NCBI RefSeq assembly: GCF_964188315.1
Contig: NC_135657.1
Span: forward strand, 37,820,001-37,884,000
DNA: 64,000 nucleotides
Direction: 5' to 3'
From: Podarcis muralis
Lineage: Eukaryota
Shown here piece by piece: positions 50,577 through 63,249 of this stretch. Each line of letters begins with the position of its first letter. Position 1 is the stretch's first letter. The translations under genes were made by a program, and so were the position numbers. Under the pieces are notes generated by a model. That model searched no databases. It worked only from the letters and a program-made list of their open reading frames with translations, and was not told where the DNA came from.

Positions 50577-50898
50577 TGTAGCACCCTGCTTGTGGTTAAC
50601 GCTTAGCTGGAATGAAATATTCAACGCAGCAACAGAGAAATTAAAATAATAATTTATTTGTCAGACAAATAAATGAGAGGCACAGTGGTATATGGTTACC
50701 AAGCTCTGGCCTGGCCTCCTGCCATTATGGCCAGCACTTATATTCCCTTAATCCAGCCCCCTTTGCTCCTCCTTGGGCTGCCTCTGTCCAATCAGCCTGG
50801 TTGGATTTCCTATTGGCTGATTGCTATAACCAATCCTAAAAGATACACCCATATCCTCCTGTCCTTATATGGAACACAAAGAGCTATATATTGTTACA
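50577..50898 (-). mobile_element. Possible solo LTR
   Basis: tgtagc...gttaca ends; on the minus strand, CCAAT boxes then TATAAG then AATAAA in U3-R order; no clean TSD, right boundary uncertain. Confidence 0.45.
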
Positions 50899-53801
50899 TC
50901 TATAAATGACAAATAAGTAGTAATATATCTTACATGTGTCTCAACAAGGAATCTTAATTACCAGCTCACCTCTTGCCCTCCAAAACAGATGGTTAATAAT
51001 TTTAAATTTTTATCTTGAACAGATGTCAGAGACCTTGGGTTCATATTCTCATGCATCATCAATGAAAGATCTCCTTTTTGGAGGTCTTTAAACAAAGGCC
51101 TGACAACCATTTGTTAGGAGTGCTCGATTGGCGTCTCCTGTCTAGCAGGGGGGCTAGGCTGGTGGCTGACTTAATTTCAGGATAAATACAACTCTTACAA
51201 CTATATGAAATAAGAATCTAGTATTTCTTAAATCCTTTGCATAATTACATTTAAGCCAATATATTTAATACATAACATAGGTAGCCTCTTAAAAGGAATA
51301 AGGCCTTTGTAAAGTAGAAAAAGGAACTCAGTAAAAAACAGCTTCAAAAGAAGCCTCTTCAGTCTACACCCCCCCTCAGCCAGCTGCTTTCCCCATTAGC
51401 TCTTTCCAACATTTATTGCCCTTTAACTCTCTCAGTTTAAGAAAGAAACAGCTTTAGAAAAAGACTTCTCAAAATTGCTCTTTTTCTGCCAGCTAAATGC
51501 TTCTCCATTGCTCTTGGCCTTTTAACCTTAGGAAGAAGATCTGGCTCATTTTACTGGGAGGCACATTGGTATTATTTTACTATTTACTCATTCCTAATTA
51601 TGTTTATCTCTGCTTTTTTATCTTCTGTAACATGTAGGGTCAATGTCATCGCTCTTAGCCTGTAATTCCCTTTTTACGACTTTGAGAATTGTTTTCTGCT
51701 ATAAATCAAGGGGCCCCTTGTCTAGGAGGAAAAAACATTGCCAAGGTTCTCTAAGCAGCTGGCATGAAACATTTGAAAATCTAAGCCCATTTAATTTAGG
51801 AACCTGATCAAGATATAAGCCAATATAAGTCTTGATTAAAAATGCAGTCTATATTCAGATGCCACAAGAGGGGAGACCTCCAAATCACACTGCATAGCCT
51901 TAATCCCATTTTTCAGGTCTGATCACAAAGCTGATGCACACTGCTACGAAATACTGATGAGAAGCTCACAAGGAGAGCTTGATGGGATGACCATTCCTAA
52001 ATGTTTGTCCCTAACTTTTGGTTGCCACTACATCTGAATTACTGGCAGTTCATGGGAACTATTACTATTATTATTGGTCTAGTCCTTTTCTCATTCTTCC
52101 ATGATAATTGGCATTGCAACATTCTGAGGCACTGAATTCCGCAGGGATGGGAGAAGTCCAGAAAGGTAACATGTTGCCTAACCGATCTCTCAGTACAATC
52201 ATCCAAGACAGCGACAATGAAGCACACAACTGATTGGAAGGATGTGATGTGGGAGCAGGCATTACTCCTTGTGGTAGCATAGCCCGCAATGAACGGTGCA
52301 GAGTTGTACAATAGTTTATTTCCAATTTATTTATATGATTAGAACTTTCATCTACTTTAGGGTCAGAGATTGTCAGCCAAACAGTGGAGAGACTGGTACA
52401 AATTTCAGTGTCTATACTGAACAAGCTGATTAAACAGAAAGACAGGAAATACAGTAGACGGGAAGGACTTGTATATGATGTGCAACAATGTTGGTCACAT
52501 TTAAAGAAAATATTAAAATTAATTTGAATATAGGAAGAGAAATCTTCCACTAGCAAATTAAACAATTTTATCCTTATTAGTTAGCCCAAAGGAAAAACGT
52601 TACCGCATTAGTAGTGCCATACAGCATAGAGAGAAAAGGTCAAGACCACAAATACAGCACTGCCAGAAAGAAAGGTTTCAGAACCTGGGCAGTTTTTTTC
52701 TTTGAAGCAAGTCCTATTAGGTAGGATTTACTCCTTAGGAAGTGTGCTTAGCATTGCAGCATTGAGTCATTATCAAAAAATAATCATGTATTTTGTTTCA
52801 CCAGAATCCCTTCTGCATTTTTTCTACTGCACACCTACCGGGCTGTCTCATATCATATCTATACCATCAAGGCATAAAGTTTGGGGTAGCCGGGTGCACT
52901 CATCATGTCTCATAAATGCTGCGTATTGACTCTGTCCAAAGAACATTTTCTGTCTTCTTCATTTGCCCTATTAGTTTTTGAGCCAGCTCATGGTTTGATG
53001 CTGAGACACTTTCCGTGGCGATTGCCTGGAAAAAAAGCATAGCCCTATACGACTCCAAGCAGCTGTGCCAAAATCCCGATTTTCTATTTCAAAGGTAAAA
53101 GAGAAAAATTAGCAGCTGCTCAGTGAGCATGAAGCAATGGCTTCTCAAGCAGAAAGAGGGAAATTTGATACTCTTATTCTCTATTGATTGCGAGTGCTGT
53201 TGCTCTGTGCTACCACTCCTTTGGCATATAGAAATGAGTAACTGCTCAAGCTAAAGAGTGTCTTTCCTTTATTTTTGAGAGGTGTAATACCCCTATTTTT
53301 TTATCACCCTACTTAAATTACTGGTGTCTCAGACCTGTGTTACAAGCATACAGAGTTACAGTACTTAAATACCTTCCTATTGAGAAGATTTGTTTTAATT
53401 TTATTTTGAAGCTACACTCACATATTCAAGCTGAAGTAACAATAATACTGTTGGGGAAAGCCTGAGGCAGGTTCAGAGATCCATGTAAAAATTCTCAGAA
53501 TACTCATATCAGTAAGCTTCCTTTGGGCACATCATGTTACACATTTTCCCCCCAGGGTGTAAAAATATAACTCTGCAAGGTTTATAGAGGCCCAGAATTC
53601 CAGCGTAGCTCCATCTCTACATATGCCCCAAGCAAAGTGTTTAATGAAAACGAGGTTAGCCTGGAACAATTTAGTTCCCCTGGTCCAGTGTTGAAATCTG
53701 TTTCTATTAATTTTGAAGGTTAGAGAAAAGGCCTGGTCCGTCCCCCCAACATGTCAAATGGTTTCCCACCAGCCACATACTAGAAACAGCCCCTTCCCAT
53801 C

Positions 53802-54160
53802 TGTCACGGTCCAGTTTACGGGCGGTTGAAGTCCCGGCCGAGGACGTTGGGACCAGGGGCAAGACTGTGGGGTGGGAGCAGGAACAGGATTCTGGAAGCC
53901 AGGAGTCAGGGAGCCGAGGGTCCGAGGGTCAGGAAACCAGGATCCAAGGGTCAGGAAGCAAGGAGTCAAGGAGCCAAACGCAGCAAGGCAGGAAGCGTGT
54001 TGCTGTGGCAAAGAGCCAAAGGGAAATGCTGACCTTATATCCCTTCCCAGCTCTTGCCACCACGTGCTGTGAGTTGCCAATCGGCCTCACCTGTATGGCC
54101 GCACCTTGCCTCTTCAGAACAAACTTAGGAAAGCCCCAGTCCTGCGAAGCACTCCTGACA
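53802..54160 (-). mobile_element. Solo LTR (Gypsy-like), 359 bp
   Basis: tgtca...tgaca inverted ends; perfect 5-bp TSD ccatc (53797-53801, 54161-54165); TATA-like gatataag on minus; short tandem ggagtc/gggtc repeats. Confidence 0.9.
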
Positions 54161-55035
54161 CCATCCATGCTAAAAGACCAACAGGGTAGGAAAATAAACC
54201 TAGATGGGTAGACCAGAATCCTGCTTTTTAAAAAAGTAGGTCTTTAATAAACAGCAAAAATTGCTGAGGAGGCAGGAGATAAAGAAGAAGAACAACAAAA
54301 TGAATACCCTGCTGGGTCAGACCAAAAGTCTATAAAGTCCAGATAGGGATAAGGGAGAAATTCAATTCAGTTCACATTTTAATGTGAACCCACCTAATTG
54401 GTACTTACTGAAACAATGTTTGAACTGAAACACAACTACCCTTCAAAACTGGCACTTCTCTGAATTTTGTGATGCAGTTCTCTAAGTAGTGTGTGCATGA
54501 AACACACCTATTGGGTCAAATGCACATAAAATGAATATATTCATGAAAATAGCATACAAAGAATGCTTTACGTTATGGAAAAGTGTATTTGTGTCTTTAT
54601 AATAAATTTGCACTAAAATGCAGAATTTTTATTTTTTTTTAAAATACGCTGATGTAGAAACTGAATTTAGAAACTGAGATAAACTGAAATAGTCAGGTTT
54701 ATCTACTTTAAAGTCCAAGAGTGGTCAGCCAAACGCTGCTGGGAAACTTACAAGCAAGCATAAATGTAACAGCACTTTTCCACTGTGCATCCCTAGCACC
54801 TATTTTTGAGGTGTACCACAGGTGTGGGCTTGGCAACTTTTCAGGATTCCTTCTATTATGAGTAATCTACTGGGACCTGCATGGTGGTGGTGGTGGACTG
54901 AACCAAAGCTGATGATGGGTGATGCCAACTACCTCAGATTAGAGTTCCCAGTCTTATGCAGCTCTATGCAGACAAAAGCCCCACTGGAGTTCCTCCAAAA
55001 AACCACAGATCAAATTAGAAGCTCTGAGGCACAGC

Positions 55036-55450
55036 TAGGGATGAGGGAAACATTAAATTCAGTTTGCATATAAAGGTGACCCCCCCCCCCCACCTAACAC
55101 ACACTTTCTAAAACCATAAGCAACCTGAAACACAGCCATTTTTTAAAAAAAAAATTGCACTTCTCTGAATTTCACAGTGGAGTTCTCCAGCCAAATAATG
55201 CCTACAATGGTCCACAAAAGTTGCATAAAATGCATATATTGGTAAATATAAAATGCAAAGATGCACTCCAGAGGGAGAATGGCTTGCAAAAAAACCAAAA
55301 AGGCTATCATGATAAATTTGCACTAAGAAGCTGCTTAATTTTCACGATTACTTTTAAAAAAATTGCAGACTGATTTGGAAATGTGGAAAACAGAACTTAA
55401 GATGGGGGGGAAAGAAAAACCAGAGAGAAACTGAAATTCACCCATGCCTA
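55036..55450. mobile_element. Old AT-rich AGGGATG-ended DNA transposon
   Basis: tagggatgagg ... cccatgccta; a related copy starts at about 54344. Confidence 0.5.
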
Positions 55451-55640
55451 CTCAGAGCACATGCCTTGCATACAGAAGGTCTCCAGTTCAATCCCAGGCA
55501 ACTTCAGTTGTGTTTTTCCATAAAAGATCAAGTAGCAGAAAGACCTTGACCTGATATTGGAGAGCTGCTCCCTGGTAGCATAGACAGGACTGGGCTAAAA
55601 GGACAAATAATTTGACCTGGTAGGAATAAGGCAGTTTCTA
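55451..55640 (+). mobile_element. tRNA-Ala-like-headed SINE, degenerate
   Basis: agagcacatgccttgcatacagaaggtctccagttcaatcccaggca; body ends ataaggcagtttct as at 47145. Confidence 0.65.
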
Positions 55641-56221
55641 CTTGCATTGATCATGCAGGATGAAATGTTTCAAACAACATGGGCATTTGAAGATCACCCA
55701 CTGTCACTTTAAACACTAGCTTTCCTGCACAAAAGCTCTCATTCTGATTTACATAAGCAAAATATTCCTCTCCAACTATGGGCTAGGCAATAGGAAAAGT
55801 AAGGTAAACTCTGCAAAATACTCTCTTAATTGCATTTTACCTGGCTTACCATCAGATGAAGCAAATGCCGTTCCCAGTCCCATGCTGTCATGATCCCTGT
55901 ATGCTTCTAATTACTCTTTGGTTTGCATGACAGTAATAAAAGCTAATTACCACAACAGCATCCCTCTGTAAGGACATAACTGGTTCTAACTCACTGCTGT
56001 TTGATTACTTAGTTTCATCTTGGTTCACTGCTTTTGGTTTGCTTTTATATCCTCTCATTTGGTCCACATTACTCCCACATTAGAAATGCACCCGGAGCCA
56101 AGATGCAGCTGTATTTTATTTTATGTTTTTCTTGTTATGTTTGGTTTTAAATGGTATTGTAAACCACTCTGGGATTTAAAAAAAGAATTATGAAGGACAC
56201 TATACTAATACTTTTTTTAAA

Positions 56222-56300
56222 AATATAATATAATATAATATAATATAATATAATATAATATAATATAATATAATATAATATAATATAATATAATATAATA
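56222..56300. repeat. (AATAT)n pentanucleotide microsatellite, about 15 units
   Basis: Direct run. Confidence 0.95.
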
Positions 56301-56897
56301 ATTTCATAATATCATCTCATATTATAACACTGTACTGATAACAAGAATACACCACCACCCATATTTGTCCTGCAGTGCCCCCTATGTACCATACAGATTG
56401 ACTGGAGAACAAGATGAACTGAAGCTGAAAACTAAACCCTGTTCCTCCTTCAAGAACAAGAGATTGATGCAATTGTTGGTTTTCTTACAGGGCTTGCAAT
56501 GAATCTTTGGGTGCAGCCCCACTCTAGCTGCTAAATCAGGAGGGGAACTGTGTGTGTAATATCCAAAAAAACATGCAAAAGGTAAGTGTGTTGAACCTTG
56601 CTTCTGCATTTTGTCTCCAATGTGGAGTTGGGTAAATAAATGTTAAAATGCAAACCTTTAAAAGTACCTTCAGTGTTGCAATACACACATATATTAGGGT
56701 AAAACGTATAATGTATGTAATGCATCTATGACTGTGAATATTATTCTTAAGCTTATATTTATTTATATCCCACCTTTTCCCCTGACAGGGACCCAAGGCA
56801 GCTTACAGGTAAAATAGAAACAGCAAAAAACATAGGAGGGGTATCATTAAAAAAACACAAAATTTTAATATAATAAAAATTACTGGAATAAGATTTT

Positions 56898-57308
56898 GAG
56901 CTGGACCATAAAGAAGGCTGATTGCTGAAGAATTGATGCTTTTGAATTATGGTGCTGGAGGAGACTCTTGAGAGTCCCATGGACAGCAAGAAGATCAAAC
57001 CTATCCATTCTGAAGGAAATCAGCCCTGAGTGCTCACTGGAAGGACAGATCCTGAAGCTGAGGCTCCAAGACTTTGGCCACCTTATGAGAAGAGAAGACT
57101 CCCTGGAAAAGACCTTGATGTTGAGAAAGATGGAGGGCACAAGGAGAAGGGGACGACAGAGGATGAGATGGTTGGACAGTGTTCTCGAAGCTACAAACAT
57201 GAGTTTGACCAAACTGCGGGAGGCAGTGGAAGACAAGAGTGCCTGGCGTGCTCCGGTCCATGGGGTCACGAAGAGTCAGACACGACTAAACGACTAAACA
57301 ACAACAAT
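56898..57308 (+). mobile_element. BovB (RTE) LINE 3' fragment
   Basis: Encodes RVPWTARRSNLSILKEISPECSLEGQILKLRLQDFGHLMRREDSLEKTLML...HGVTKSQTRLND; (CAA)n tail. Confidence 0.93.
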
Positions 57309-58837
57309 TAAGACAAACAGATAATTACAATTAAAAAAAAATCACAGCACCAGCTATTTCCTTGGAAACAGTCAGTTCTCAAAAGCCTGTCAGAATTTGA
57401 AACTCTTCGCCTGCCAGCAGAAGAACAAGGAGCCAGTCTAACTTCTCTAGGAAGGGAGTTCCAAAGTCTGGGAGCAGCCACCAAATATTATGAAGAATGA
57501 TATCATTCAAGAAGAAAACAATGGCTGGGTTTCATTGGATGAGTGGATTTATATGTCAGCATGGTCAAAGCAGTGTTTTAAGTGTTGTATAGGGGAGACA
57601 TTAAAGCAATCCAAAGGGTCTATTCCAAAGCAACAATATTTAGCTGTAGTTAGTGTTCCTAGAATGCAAAAACAGAGTGGAGCTATTATGTCAATCACAC
57701 CTTCTCCCAAGGGCCTGTGCCCAACTGCTCCCAATCTGTGCAACACTCACCACAGTTTGCTCCAGTTTATTTGAGCCGCCTTCCCTTGGGAGATGACTCC
57801 AACTGATCTCGCTGTCAGGGAAATGTTCCCACTACATGAGTTCATCTGAAGATCTCTGTCACCTTTCAAGGTTCAAACTGTCAACGTGAAGCTTGCAGCA
57901 CAAGACAGTGGCACATTACTCCAATGTCCTGGAGAAGGAGCAAAACTGAACAGTTCACTTTTCTCTAACCAGTCAAATAAAGATTAAAACAGACCACAGA
58001 AAAAGCTAAGATGCAAGCTTTTTCTTAAAGGTTCCATCTCTTTTCTTAAAACTCTAGCTGAAGACTGCAAGGAAAGAAATAATTTTTGGAAATAAATAAA
58101 CAGTTTAGATTTCAATTACCATTCAAACCTACAAGTCACAATAAGGCTAGTTTTCAACGTAGCATAATGCACCCTAGCAGTGTTCTGGTTCGGAACAACA
58201 GTTACCTGCGATCAATTTGCCAGAATTCTGCTTTTGATGCTATGCCACGCAGACCAACAGAGTCAGCTCAGGCAGTACAGATACTAGCCTGTCAAAGCCA
58301 ACAAGGTCTAGTTACCTGTCCTCTCTAATCATTAGGAAACACTCTCCCACCTAAGCTGAGAAAACCACTCCTCATGGGGAAGCAGCCTTCTGGTTTGTAC
58401 AATCTACTTGGCTTTACACTAGTCAGCTCAGAGCCCCTACCCAGAGCTATATGCAAAAGGCAAATGCTTAGAATTTAAAAAGTATTTGTCTATGATTTTT
58501 AACTGAACTGCGCTCACTGCCCTTACACACATGCAAAACCTCTACTTTTTACTCCCATGCTGCGGGGATCACCATAGTAGAGTATCTGCTTTGAATGTAG
58601 AAGATCCAGGTTCTGACTCTCAGTATAAGGTAGCTTCCTGTGTTCCTCTGTTTTCTTTATTCTAGCCGCAGAATTTAATGAGGGAACAATTTTGTTTTGC
58701 CTGTTTAAACAACTGGGAATCAGAAATACTCGTTGAGCTACTTCAAATCACTCTGTCATCACATCCTATTTTCTGCCCCTCCCCCCGCCTACATTATCAG
58801 CATGTGGGAGCAGCAGCAGAGAAAGTAGCTCAAGCTC

Positions 58838-59225
58838 CTGGGGTGGCGCGCCCAGGGGTGGGGCGAGGCAAGGGCGGGGCAAGCCGCCCATAGGGGCGGG
58901 GCACACCACAGGGCCTCCAGAGTCTGCCTGCCTCCTCCCACTCAGCCACCCTACAGCTGGTGGGGAGGCAGCGGATGGACCACTGGATCAGCACAGAGCC
59001 TGCATGCGCCCAAGCCACCGCGTGTCGCTCAGGGTGCGGTCCGCCCTGGGTGTCACCACTGAGGGGGGTGACAAAATGCCGGGTGGCACGCATTGCAGGG
59101 CCTGCAAGACATGTGGCTCGGGCGCTGCAGGCCCTGCGATGCGTGCCACCCGGCATTTTGTCACCCCCCTCAGTGGTGACACTCGGGGTGGACTGCACCC
59201 ACTGCACCCCCTTCCTCCGCCCCTG
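58838..59225. mobile_element. GC-rich non-autonomous DNA-transposon-like element with a long internal hairpin
   Basis: Right end cttcctccgcccctg (CAGGGGCGG-type TIR); left end degenerate, no TSD found; 57-bp inverted repeat inside. Confidence 0.5.
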
Positions 59226-60407
59226 CATGGAAGTGTCATTCCCTTACACCCACAGTAGTGGATTCAAAAATCCCATTTCCCCACTTTGTAGCTTTAAACT
59301 CCTTCCCCCATAAGACGCTCTGACAGTGCTCCATGCCTTGATCAGGGGTGGCAATCAGCTAGTGAATCAGACGCCACTGTCCTTTGTGGCAGCCTGACTA
59401 AGAACAATACAAACACAAGGATGCACCTCCAATGTCTAATCCGTCTACCTTTCATGTGAACAAAGCGTTCTATCAACAGCTCCCAAACAAAAGGAAAAAT
59501 ATATAAAAGGATTCTTTGGCTGGCAGCGTGGAATGCCCAGACTGCATGCTAATTGATTTCGAGAAGTAACAAGCTTAAAAAGAAACCAGGAAAGAAGGTT
59601 AAAATTAAGATTTCATGCTAATTGTTGAGATGGAGGAGGGGGGACTTTTTGTTTGCTTATTTTTTTAATGGAGAAAACTATACAGGCCTTGAATGGATGG
59701 TGCCAACATGATAAATGCCAAAGAGCTATTCTTGTTCTTTTTCACGGCTCCTGATCGTGATGCCCTTGCAGTTCTCTGTGCATCTGGCATAAAAAAAGTC
59801 AGAAACTGGTGCTACTGCCTGTGATTTGGGGCACACAAGATTATGAGCTTTTACTAGGAAGGACAATAGGTCACAGAAATAGCGGCGCTTTCAGCTGTCA
59901 GTGAATTTTACTGACAAGCTATTATGGGACAGAAAACTGACCCTTTGGCCCATGGCCTTGCCCAACATGTTCCCCAAGTTCTTATACCTGGATTGGTTTT
60001 CTGTCCACGGTTTTGCTTTCCTAAATGTAGCTGGACATCCACCTCATACCATCCTGCGGCTGCAAATGAGGATAGACCTTATTGCTTATATATTAATGTT
60101 TCTTGTCAATACATGACTTGGCATACAGTGTGTGTCAACATCCTAAAACTGCCTTTATGGGAATGATTTTTGTTAACCAGCTTAATCTCTGTTTGAGTTC
60201 TGTTTGTCTCCTAGTATTTTATTTATTTGTATATTTATTTTTTAAATCTTGCTCTTCAGAATAAAGGGTTGAGGAGCTCACAGAGTGGCTTGCAAATGTT
60301 AATGATAAGACAGTCCCTGCCCTCGGACTTACAAACTATAAGACACAACACAAAAGGTATAGGGATTGGGAGGAAAGAGTGGGAAAGATTTCAGCATGTG
60401 CATGTCA

Positions 60408-60758
60408 CATACCCTCCAACATTTCTCCAATGAAAATAGGAACATCCCATTCCATAATGATAATCTTACTATTTATGCCCCACACATCTTACTGGGTTGC
60501 CCCAGGCACTATGGGCAGCTTCCAACACATATAAAATCATAATAAAACAGTAAACATTAAAAAACTTCCCTATACAAGATTGCCTTCAGATGCCTCGGGG
60601 GGGGGGGGGGTTGCATAACTCCATATCCTCCAACATTTCTCTGATGAAAATAGGGACGTCCTAAGAAAAAGTGGGACATTCCAGGATCAAATCAGAAACC
60701 GTGGTGGCTTCTCTAAATCAGGGGTGTTCCTGGAAGACAGGGACAGTTGGAGCGTCTG
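60408..60758. mobile_element. hAT-like (Blackjack-like) MITE with duplicated left end and captured L2 3' end
   Basis: cataccctccaac...ttggagcgtctg; left end repeated at 60622; same architecture as 11038-11378. Confidence 0.75.
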
Positions 60759-63103
60759 AAGTCACCCAATTAGCCTTTTGGCTGAGTGGGGGACTGAACA
60801 AAGATATCCCAACCTAATCCAAACATTTCAGCTACTACACAGGCTCTCACCTGAGGAGCCCTTAAAATATGCACTGCATTGGTATGACCTGCTTTTGTAA
60901 TAACTAAGAAAACAGGGTTTTGAGCCCGAACATTAGTCATCCACACAGGGATAGCACAGAACATAATTCCAGGCCTTTCCTGAATAGCGAGGTCAAATCC
61001 CACGGGGGAACTAAACTACCCTCCCCTTCAACAATAATATCAGATAATTTTTAACCAGCTGAATGAACAGTATCTGCAGCAACAGCAGTCTGAGGAAATT
61101 TGGTGTTGATCTGTTAGGAATGACAATAAGAAGTGCTGCTGCTTTAATCAACAGTCAGAACGCAGTGGGGAGGCTCTTCCAATTTGCTTTAGGCTGACAG
61201 CTTACACAGCTTTTTCATCCAGGCCAGGCAGAGCAAAATCTAATTCCTCCTCCAGCATCCCCTGCAGGAGTGATGATGAGGAACCACCGAAGGAAGAAGG
61301 GCAAGAATCACCCCAGTGTCCTAATGACATGGACAAGGAGAATTCTTCACCCTGCAGGATGCCGCAAATATTTTGGAGATGACATGCTCCATACCCTGGC
61401 ATTTCCATAAGTTTGTCTCTTCATCACTCGCCTCCCTAAGAAGCCTGCCGCTAGCAGCTCATGGGATCAGAGGACTTTCTTGGGGTCAGGCTCCCTCGTT
61501 CATGTTGGGAAGCAATCGGAGTAGGTGACGACTTTGCCTAGGGCAGCAGGCCACCCCAATGGAATATATAAATATATATACATTCCACAGTTCATCTCTA
61601 CTATGGGGTAGCCCAGATCCCAGGGCCTCCTCTCAATATTATATGGTAGGGTTAGAGAAATGTTTGTTTTGCCTCAAAGTTGCGATGCAATTTGAAACTG
61701 GCTAGTGAACTGAATCGAAAAGATGCATGTGCTGCATATTGGAATTTGATAGTTAAACTAATTGATACTGCAACCTGTCAGGCAGTTCTTCTTACTCCAC
61801 AATTAGCAATACTTAATGTATGGGAAACAATGAAGAACTGGCATCTTGGCTGTGAGTCCTGGAAGACCTGCTCCCTGTCTTGCAGGCCTTTTTCCACCAG
61901 GCCTGGGGTATCAGAGCTCTGACTGACTCCAGCTACAAAAGCTGAGGCTGTTGAACAGACTTTTGGGCTGGGATGTTGTTTGCATAGGGTGTTTGTTGCC
62001 AGAACAGGACAAGACTGTTTTCAGAATCTCTGTGATCACCTGCTCCAATTTTTAACAAGTGGTTGGTCATCCTTTCTCACTATCAGGCTGCTTCTCTCTA
62101 TTAAACAGCGGGAGCTCAGAAATGTCAGGGAGTTGTATTCAGTTCAGTCGAAACTGCTTGAACTGCAGAGTGAGTTTCCTCTTTCTCCTTGATTCTTTGT
62201 TTGGAACAGCATGGGTGGCAGGATGATAGACAGCCACATATCTCCCAGATCTTAGGACCAGATTGTTCCCATCAGGGTTGATCCAGATTAAATTAGCTGA
62301 AGGAAGGTACCATGGAAATTGTTGAAACAAAGACTTAAAGGCGCATACACTTCAGAGGAACTAAAGTTCTAGAATCCTACAGCTACACAGATATGGGACT
62401 TGTCTCATTACCATCTCAAGACAAAGATGAGCTTTTAACTCCTGCATCTGTAGCAGGGACAGTTTTTGTGACTTTGGGGACCTTTGAATGGAGACTGGCC
62501 AGGCAAGGAACCTTTTTAAGGGGGGGAGCCTGTTTGCACCTGGCTTTTTGTGGCACTTGTCAATTTACAAATGAGTTTAAACTCAAGATTAGGCTTGAAA
62601 GCCTATAGTTGCCTGAAACCTGGTTAACACAACAAACTCAGCATATTACAAATGTCTGTAATATTGAGATTTATTTGTCTATTTAGTCTAAGGTTTAACT
62701 GGCACTGTGCAATTCCAGTGATGATTTATTGTGTAATAGTATGGTGTCTTTAACCTACTCTTGAGTAGTGTGTGGAAATGCAGCATAGAAACACACACAA
62801 ACAGAGAGGTAAAGAGAGAGCGAAATGAGTAAAACAGGCATGAAGAAATAAAGCAGAGTGAAATAAAGGCAACAGACAGCCAAGGACTGGAAGCTGAGTG
62901 CTTGCAGAATTGCCCAAACTGATCAAAGACTAAAAACTTACAGTAATAATTTCTTAGAAACTTTTATTTGACAATAATTTATTTATTTTTAGAATACTCC
63001 CCCCAAAGTATCATTTATATCCCAAGGACCCAAGAGTTACACACTGGCCTGCCAAGCACCCGGAGAATAGTGTTCTCTCCACACTGCCCAGGCCACCTGA
63101 GTT

Positions 63104-63249
63104 ATGAATCATAGAATTGTTGAGTTGGAAAGGACCGTGAGGATCATCTTGTTCAACCCCCTACAATGCAGGAATCTTTGACCCAACATGAGGCTTGAAC
63201 CCATGACCCTGAGATTAAGAGTCTGGTGCTCTACTGACTGAGCTATCCC
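63104..63249 (-). mobile_element. tRNA-Lys(CTT)-like-headed SINE with CR1-type tail
   Basis: Minus strand gggatagctcagtcagtagagcaccagactcttaatctcagggtcatgggttcaagcc...ttccaactcaacaattctatgattc; same family as 29888. Confidence 0.85.

Noticed and set aside
52071-52565. 164-aa minus ORF and a possible 21-nt micro-exon (ccgcag|GGATGG...GAAAG|gtaaca, about 52145-52165)
   Set aside because: No recognisable homology, non-ATG start and a weak polypyrimidine tract
53754-54211. Several overlapping ORFs
   Set aside because: Arise from the low-complexity interior of the solo LTR
58830-59313. Mirror-image ORFs on both strands
   Set aside because: A consequence of the long inverted repeat
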